Source: an uncultured bacterium (GTDB lineage Bacteria; Hydrothermota; UBA3073; NMUJ01). Taken from it: a DNA stretch of 21,660 nucleotides. The notes beneath the pieces are model-generated. The model ran no database searches, was not told where the DNA came from, and saw only the letters and a list, made by a program, of their open reading frames with translations. The number at the start of each line of letters is the position of its first letter. The first letter of the stretch is position 1. A program made the position numbers and the translations under genes. Shown piece by piece: positions 16,712-21,660 of this stretch. Location of the stretch: assembly GCA_965612795.1 (NCBI GenBank), contig CBFDTI010000016.1, positions 1 to 21,660 on the forward strand. The letters run 5' to 3'.

Positions 16712-17785
16712 ATGGGGTCGTACGAACGGATAGCTAAACTTATCCTCGAAGATGGCTCTACCTTCCAGGGGTATTCATTTGGTGCTAAAAGAGTTGTAAC
16801 TGGTGAGGTTGTCTTCAACACGGGTATGGTCGGCTATCCCGAGAGCTTAACCGATCCATCCTATAGGGGGCAGATTCTGGTTCTAACGTATCCTCTGATA
16901 GGCAACTACGGCGTCCCAGATGACGAGAAAGAAGATGACATATCGGAACATTTCGAGTCAGATAAGATACAGGTGCAGGGATTGATAGTGGCGGATTACT
17001 CCGAAACATATTCACATTGGAATGCGAAAAAGTCGTTATCGGAATGGCTGAGTGAACATAATGTTCCCGGCATATATGGCATAGATACGAGAGAGTTGAC
17101 CAAAAAGCTACGGGAGAGAGGGACGATGCTTGGCAAGATCGTCTACGATAACGAGGATATAGAGTTTGAGGATCCTAACAAACGAAACCTCGTAGCCGAG
17201 GTCAGCATAAAAGAGCCAATCGTCTACAAGAAGGGTAAGAAGAAAATAATACTCATCGATTGTGGTGCCAAAAATAGCATAATCAGAGCATTCCTGAGGC
17301 GGAATATAACCGTTATCCGATGTCCATGGGATTATGATTTCCTGACAGAAAAGGTAGACGGTATCGTGATATCAAACGGCCCAGGTGACCCCAAAATGTG
17401 TGAACCCACAATAGATAATGTCAGAAGAGCGCTGGAGAGAAATGTACCGATCCTTGGTATATGTCTTGGGTCACAAATCCTGGCACTTGCTGCTGGTGCT
17501 AACACCTACAAGCTGAAATATGGTCACAGAAGCCATAACCAACCCTGCATAGAGGTGGGCACCAAGAGATGTTACATCACCCCACAGAACCACGGTTATG
17601 CGGTTGATTCAGACACGTTACCGGAGGATTGGCGTGAATGGTTCTACAACAACAACGACAAGACAAACGAAGGCATTATACACATATCGAAACCATTTTT
17701 CGGGGTACAGTTTCACCCTGAGGCATCACCAGGGCCGGATGATACCGGATTTCTGTTTGATATGTTCATAAGGGCGATACAGTGA
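16712..17785 (+). CDS. carA: Carbamoyl-phosphate synthase small subunit
   Basis: GEVVFNTGMVGYPESLTDPSY, SNGPGDP, GICLG (catalytic Cys), QNHGYAV, QFHPE. Confidence 0.97.
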   Translation: MGSYERIAKLILEDGSTFQGYSFGAKRVVTGEVVFNTGMVGYPESLTDPSYRGQILVLTYPLIGNYGVPDDEKEDDISEHFESDKIQVQGLIVADYSETYSHWNAKKSLSEWLSEHNVPGIYGIDTRELTKKLRERGTMLGKIVYDNEDIEFEDPNKRNLVAEVSIKEPIVYKKGKKKIILIDCGAKNSIIRAFLRRNITVIRCPWDYDFLTEKVDGIVISNGPGDPKMCEPTIDNVRRALERNVPILGICLGSQILALAAGANTYKLKYGHRSHNQPCIEVGTKRCYITPQNHGYAVDSDTLPEDWREWFYNNNDKTNEGIIHISKPFFGVQFHPEASPGPDDTGFLFDMFIRAIQ

Positions 17786-20700
17786 AGGGCAAACTCAAAA
17801 AGGTTTTAATCATAGGTTCAGGTGCGATAAGGATAGGTCAGGCGGGCGAGTTCGACTATTCCGGTAGCCAAGCCATTAAGGCATTAAAGGAGGAGGGTAT
17901 CGAAACCGTGCTGGTGAATTCAAATATTGCCACAGTGCAGACATCTGATTATCTGGCTGATAAAGTGTACTTCTTGCCTATCGATACCTATTTTGTTGAA
18001 AAGGTTATCGAAAAGGAAAGACCCGATGGTATATTGCTCGGGTTCGGTGGACAAACCGCATTAAATGTAGGGGTTGAATTAGCCAAACGGGGTGTTTTTA
18101 AAAAGTATAAAGTAGAGGTGCTGGGTAGCCCTATCGAAGCCATCGAGAACACGGAGGATAGGAGCTTATTTGTCAAGAAAATAGGGGAGATTGGGCTCAA
18201 GCTACCAACCAGCAGCATCGTAACCAATGTGGGGGAGGCTTTAAATGTAGCTGAAAAGATCGGCTACCCCGTGATGTGTAGGATAGGGTATGCATTGGGT
18301 GGGTTAGGGTCAGGTGTCGCCTACAATGAAAAGGAGTTGCTCGAACTAACAAGGAAAGCGTTCTCGTTCACGGATCGTATATCGATTGAGGAATATCTCG
18401 ATGGATGGAAAGAGTTCGAATATGAAGTTATGAGAGACCGTTACAATAACTGTATTGCTGTCTGTTCCATGGAGAATGTCGATCCCATGGGCATCCATAC
18501 CGGTGAAAGTATCGTTGTCGCACCCGCACAGACGTTGAGCGCCTCTGAGTATTTTATGTTACGCTCCTTAGCCATAAAGGTGATACGACATCTCGGTATA
18601 GTCGGTGAATGCAACATACAGTTTGCGGTCGACCCCAGATCGGGGGATTACAGGGTGATAGAGGTGAACGCCAGGTTAAGCAGGAGCTCCGCATTGGCTT
18701 CCAAAGCTACCGGCTATCCGTTAGCTTTTATTGCAACCAAGTTAGCTATAGGTTATAGTCTAACCGAGGTGGAAAACATCATAACCAAGAGGACATCGGC
18801 ATGCTTCGAACCCGCCCTCGACTATGTTGTACTCAAGTATCCGCGATGGGATCTACAAAAATTCCGTAGGGTGAGCTCCAACATAGGGTCTGAGATGAAA
18901 TCTGTGGGCGAGGTGATGGCTATCGCACGCAGTTTCGAGGAAGCTCTCCAAAAGGCAATCCGTATGTTAGACATAGGGATGCCGGGGTTAGCCTATAGTA
19001 AGCTTGAGTTCAACGATCTGGAGAAAGAGATCAAAGAGCCAACCGATAAGCGGATGTTTGCAATCGCTGAAGCAATAAGACGAGGGTATTCCATCGAGAA
19101 GCTACACGAGCTGTCGAAGATCGATCCATGGTTCCTACATAAAATAAAGAACATAATCGAGCTCGAGCATAAACTCAGCCGCTATAAGCTTGAAGATTTA
19201 CCACCACAACTGTTGAGGGAAGCCAAACAAAAGGGTTATTCCGACGCACAGATAGCGATGTTGACTGGTAGCACCGAGCTGGATGTAAGAAAAAGAAGGA
19301 AAGCGCTGGGAATTGTCCCCAGTGTGAAACAGATAGATACATTGGCGGGGGAGTATCCCGCCGAGACCAACTACCTGTACCTAACTTACAATGGTTGTGG
19401 GGATGACATCGATTTCAATGATAAAAATCAGGTCATCGTCTTAGGTAGCGGCCCATACAGGATCGGTTCATCGGTGGAGTTCGACTGGTGTTGCGTCAAC
19501 TCCGTGGTTACATTGAGGAAAATGAACTACAAAGCGATAATGATAAACTGTAACCCCGAAACAGTAAGCACAGATTATGATATCTGTGACAAACTGTACT
19601 TTGAGGAGCTCACCTTTGAAAGAGTGCTCGATATCTACGAAAAAGAGCACCCAATAGGGGTCATAGTTTCGATGGGTGGCCAGATACCCAACAATTTAGC
19701 ATTACCCCTGTACAATGCCGGTGTCCGTGTACTGGGGACATCGCCGGTTGATATCGACAGGGCTGAGGATAGGCACAAGTTCTCGCAACTGCTGGATGAA
19801 TTGGGTATCGATCAACCAGAATGGAAAGAACTCACCAGCATAAGTGAAGCAGCACAGTTTGCGGATAAGGTTGGCTATCCTGTCCTGATACGGCCGAGCT
19901 ACGTGCTTAGTGGTGCCGCAATGAGCATAGCTTTGAGTGAGGACGAACTAAAAGAATACCTTAAGAAGGCGTCTGAGGTTAGCAAGGAGCATCCCGTGGT
20001 GATCAGTAAATTCATAACACGAGCTAAGGAGATAGAAATAGATGCTGTTGCAAGGAATGGCGAGCTCTATTGTTACGCTATCTCTGAACATGTCGAAAAT
20101 GCAGGCGTACATTCGGGGGATGCAACGATGGTGTTACCACCTCAACGCACTTATTTAGAGACCATGCGAAGGATCAAGATAATCACCAGAAAGATAGCCA
20201 AAGCGCTAAACATAAGCGGACCATTTAACATACAGTTTATAGCCAAAGATAATGATGTTAAGGTTATCGAGTGCAATTTGAGGGCTTCGAGAAGCTTCCC
20301 GTTCGTCTCTAAAGTGTTGAAGCTAAACTTCATCGAACTAGCCACCCGTATCATCATGGGTAAGAGTGTGCCAAAGATAGATCGCTCTTCGTTTGACCTG
20401 GATTATGTTGGGGTAAAAGCGCCACAGTTCTCCTTCAGGAGGTTAAAAGGGTCCGACCCTATCTTAGGTGTGGAGATGACCTCCACTGGTGAGGTGGCCT
20501 GTTTGGGTGACGATTTCAACGAAGCATTCCTGAAAAGCCTGCTATCGGTGGGTTTCAAGTTACCCAAGAAAGCCATCCTGTTATCTACCGGCCCGATAGA
20601 TAGTAAAGCGGAGCTACTTGAGAGTACGAGGATATTGAAGAAGATGGGGTTTAAGCTCTATGCTACTCGGGGGACAGCCGATTTCCTGAAAGCCAACGGT

Positions 20701-20970
20701 ATCGAAGCAGTACCCCTCTACTGGCCGCTGGAGAATAAAGAGCCCAACACCGTCAGTTATATAGCGGATGGTAAGATCGATTTGGTGATAAACATACCCA
20801 AGAATATCGAGAAAGAGGAACTCGACAACGATTATCTAATAAGACGGGCAGCGGTCGATTTCGGTGTACCTCTGATCACTAACGTACAGCTGGCGAAGCG
20901 GTTTATTGAGGCGATTTCTAAGGTATCGCTGCATGACTTAAAAGTCAAGAGCTGGGATGAATACAGTTAG
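17782..20970 (+). CDS. carB: Carbamoyl-phosphate synthase large subunit
   Basis: IGQAGEFDYSGSQA, GIHTGES, EVNARLSRSSALASKATGYP, IGSSVEFDWC, NPETVSTDYD, RPSYVLSG, C-terminal MGS domain; GTGA overlap with carA. Confidence 0.98.
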   Translation: MKGKLKKVLIIGSGAIRIGQAGEFDYSGSQAIKALKEEGIETVLVNSNIATVQTSDYLADKVYFLPIDTYFVEKVIEKERPDGILLGFGGQTALNVGVELAKRGVFKKYKVEVLGSPIEAIENTEDRSLFVKKIGEIGLKLPTSSIVTNVGEALNVAEKIGYPVMCRIGYALGGLGSGVAYNEKELLELTRKAFSFTDRISIEEYLDGWKEFEYEVMRDRYNNCIAVCSMENVDPMGIHTGESIVVAPAQTLSASEYFMLRSLAIKVIRHLGIVGECNIQFAVDPRSGDYRVIEVNARLSRSSALASKATGYPLAFIATKLAIGYSLTEVENIITKRTSACFEPALDYVVLKYPRWDLQKFRRVSSNIGSEMKSVGEVMAIARSFEEALQKAIRMLDIGMPGLAYSKLEFNDLEKEIKEPTDKRMFAIAEAIRRGYSIEKLHELSKIDPWFLHKIKNIIELEHKLSRYKLEDLPPQLLREAKQKGYSDAQIAMLTGSTELDVRKRRKALGIVPSVKQIDTLAGEYPAETNYLYLTYNGCGDDIDFNDKNQVIVLGSGPYRIGSSVEFDWCCVNSVVTLRKMNYKAIMINCNPETVSTDYDICDKLYFEELTFERVLDIYEKEHPIGVIVSMGGQIPNNLALPLYNAGVRVLGTSPVDIDRAEDRHKFSQLLDELGIDQPEWKELTSISEAAQFADKVGYPVLIRPSYVLSGAAMSIALSEDELKEYLKKASEVSKEHPVVISKFITRAKEIEIDAVARNGELYCYAISEHVENAGVHSGDATMVLPPQRTYLETMRRIKIITRKIAKALNISGPFNIQFIAKDNDVKVIECNLRASRSFPFVSKVLKLNFIELATRIIMGKSVPKIDRSSFDLDYVGVKAPQFSFRRLKGSDPILGVEMTSTGEVACLGDDFNEAFLKSLLSVGFKLPKKAILLSTGPIDSKAELLESTRILKKMGFKLYATRGTADFLKANGIEAVPLYWPLENKEPNTVSYIADGKIDLVINIPKNIEKEELDNDYLIRRAAVDFGVPLITNVQLAKRFIEAISKVSLHDLKVKSWDEYS

Positions 20971-21032
20971 TTACCTGCTATTACCGCCCGGTGAGTGCGT
21001 CAACCAGATATACTTGTTACACAGGTTTTAGA

Positions 21033-21059
21033 TTGACACATGGTGATTTTGTGTATTTA
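21033..21059 (+). promoter_or_regulatory. hpt promoter TTGACA-N15-TATTTA, probably leaderless
   Basis: TTGACA 21033-21038, TATTTA 21054-21059, 6 nt, ATG 21066. No SD. Confidence 0.6.
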
Positions 21060-21065
21060 ACTTTT

Positions 21066-21581
21066 ATGAGGGTACTCATTTCCGAACGTGCCATTAAGAA
21101 AAAAGTTAAACAGCTGGCTGCTCTTCTTGCACGTGAATATAAAGGTACAGATTGCGTGTTTGTAGGTGTCCTCTATGGTGGGTTCGTGTTTCTTGCGGAT
21201 CTGGTGCGTGAGTTACATCGTTACGATTTACATCCAGCGATCGACTTCGTCCGCCTAACAAGCTATCAGGGTACCGAATCCACCGGCACCATACGTATAT
21301 ATAAAGATGTGGAGCTCGACCTCACCGCCAAACGTGTGCTTATCGTTGATGATATATTGGATACCGGTATGACGTTGAAGTTTCTGAAGGAACACCTTTC
21401 ACAAAAAGGTGCAACCGATGTCAAGCTCTGTGTGTTGCTCGACAAAAAGGGTAGACGTAAGGTGGATATCACCCCCGATTATGTGGGGTTTGAGATCGGT
21501 AACTACTTTGTTGTCGGCTATGGGCTCGATTGTGACCATCGCTATCGTAACCTACCCTATATCGCGATATATGAAGGATAA
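21066..21581 (+). CDS. hpt: Hypoxanthine phosphoribosyltransferase
   Basis: VGVLYGGFVFLADLVR, SYQGTESTG, VLIVDDILDTGMT (PRPP loop), LLDK, FVVGYGLD, YRNLPYI. Start ATG 21066 (MRVLIS). Confidence 0.95.
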   Translation: MRVLISERAIKKKVKQLAALLAREYKGTDCVFVGVLYGGFVFLADLVRELHRYDLHPAIDFVRLTSYQGTESTGTIRIYKDVELDLTAKRVLIVDDILDTGMTLKFLKEHLSQKGATDVKLCVLLDKKGRRKVDITPDYVGFEIGNYFVVGYGLDCDHRYRNLPYIAIYEG

Positions 21582-21660
21582 TGTTGTGGCTCTACCTCAT
21601 CTGTGTACCATTTAAACCAGATGTAATATCTGAGCTCAAACTACAAGGTGTATGGGAGCA
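21581..21660 (+). CDS. 5' fragment of a downstream gene, translationally coupled to hpt
   Basis: TAATG overlap with the hpt stop; frame MLWLYLICVPFKPDVISELKLQGVWE is open to the window end. Confidence 0.5.
   Translation, partial: MLWLYLICVPFKPDVISELKLQGVWE

Noticed and set aside
16525..16737. 70-aa ORF overlapping the carA start as a leader peptide
   Set aside because: No recognisable motif or convincing SD and no attenuator structure; probably chance.

Overview
Bacterial chromosomal window, mostly housekeeping genes with two accessory patches; the host looks like an uncultured, possibly thermophilic lineage (inference only). Left to right: a partial minus-strand six-hairpin glycosidase-like gene missed by the ORF track; thiC; a cation:proton antiporter / PTS EIIA / PII-like trio; polA-coaE-SpoIID/LytB; an MNT-HEPN toxin-antitoxin pair with a frameshifted HEPN; a GAF (fRMsr-like) gene; a sugar ABC transporter (binding protein plus 2 permeases); an ABM-like protein; a zinc-ribbon protein; a PD-(D/E)xK + EVE-like nuclease (candidate modification-dependent restriction enzyme); a decayed lipoprotein gene; eukaryote/Bacteroidetes-type carAB; hpt; and the start of one more gene. 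The most striking unannotated pattern is promoter geometry. Eight intergenic promoters read TTGnnn-N15-TAnnn(T/A), a 15-bp spacer instead of the usual 17 bp. Six genes have their ATG exactly 6 nt after a -10 hexamer with no Shine-Dalgarno, suggesting leaderless mRNAs. All family assignments come from motif recognition; no database searches were run.
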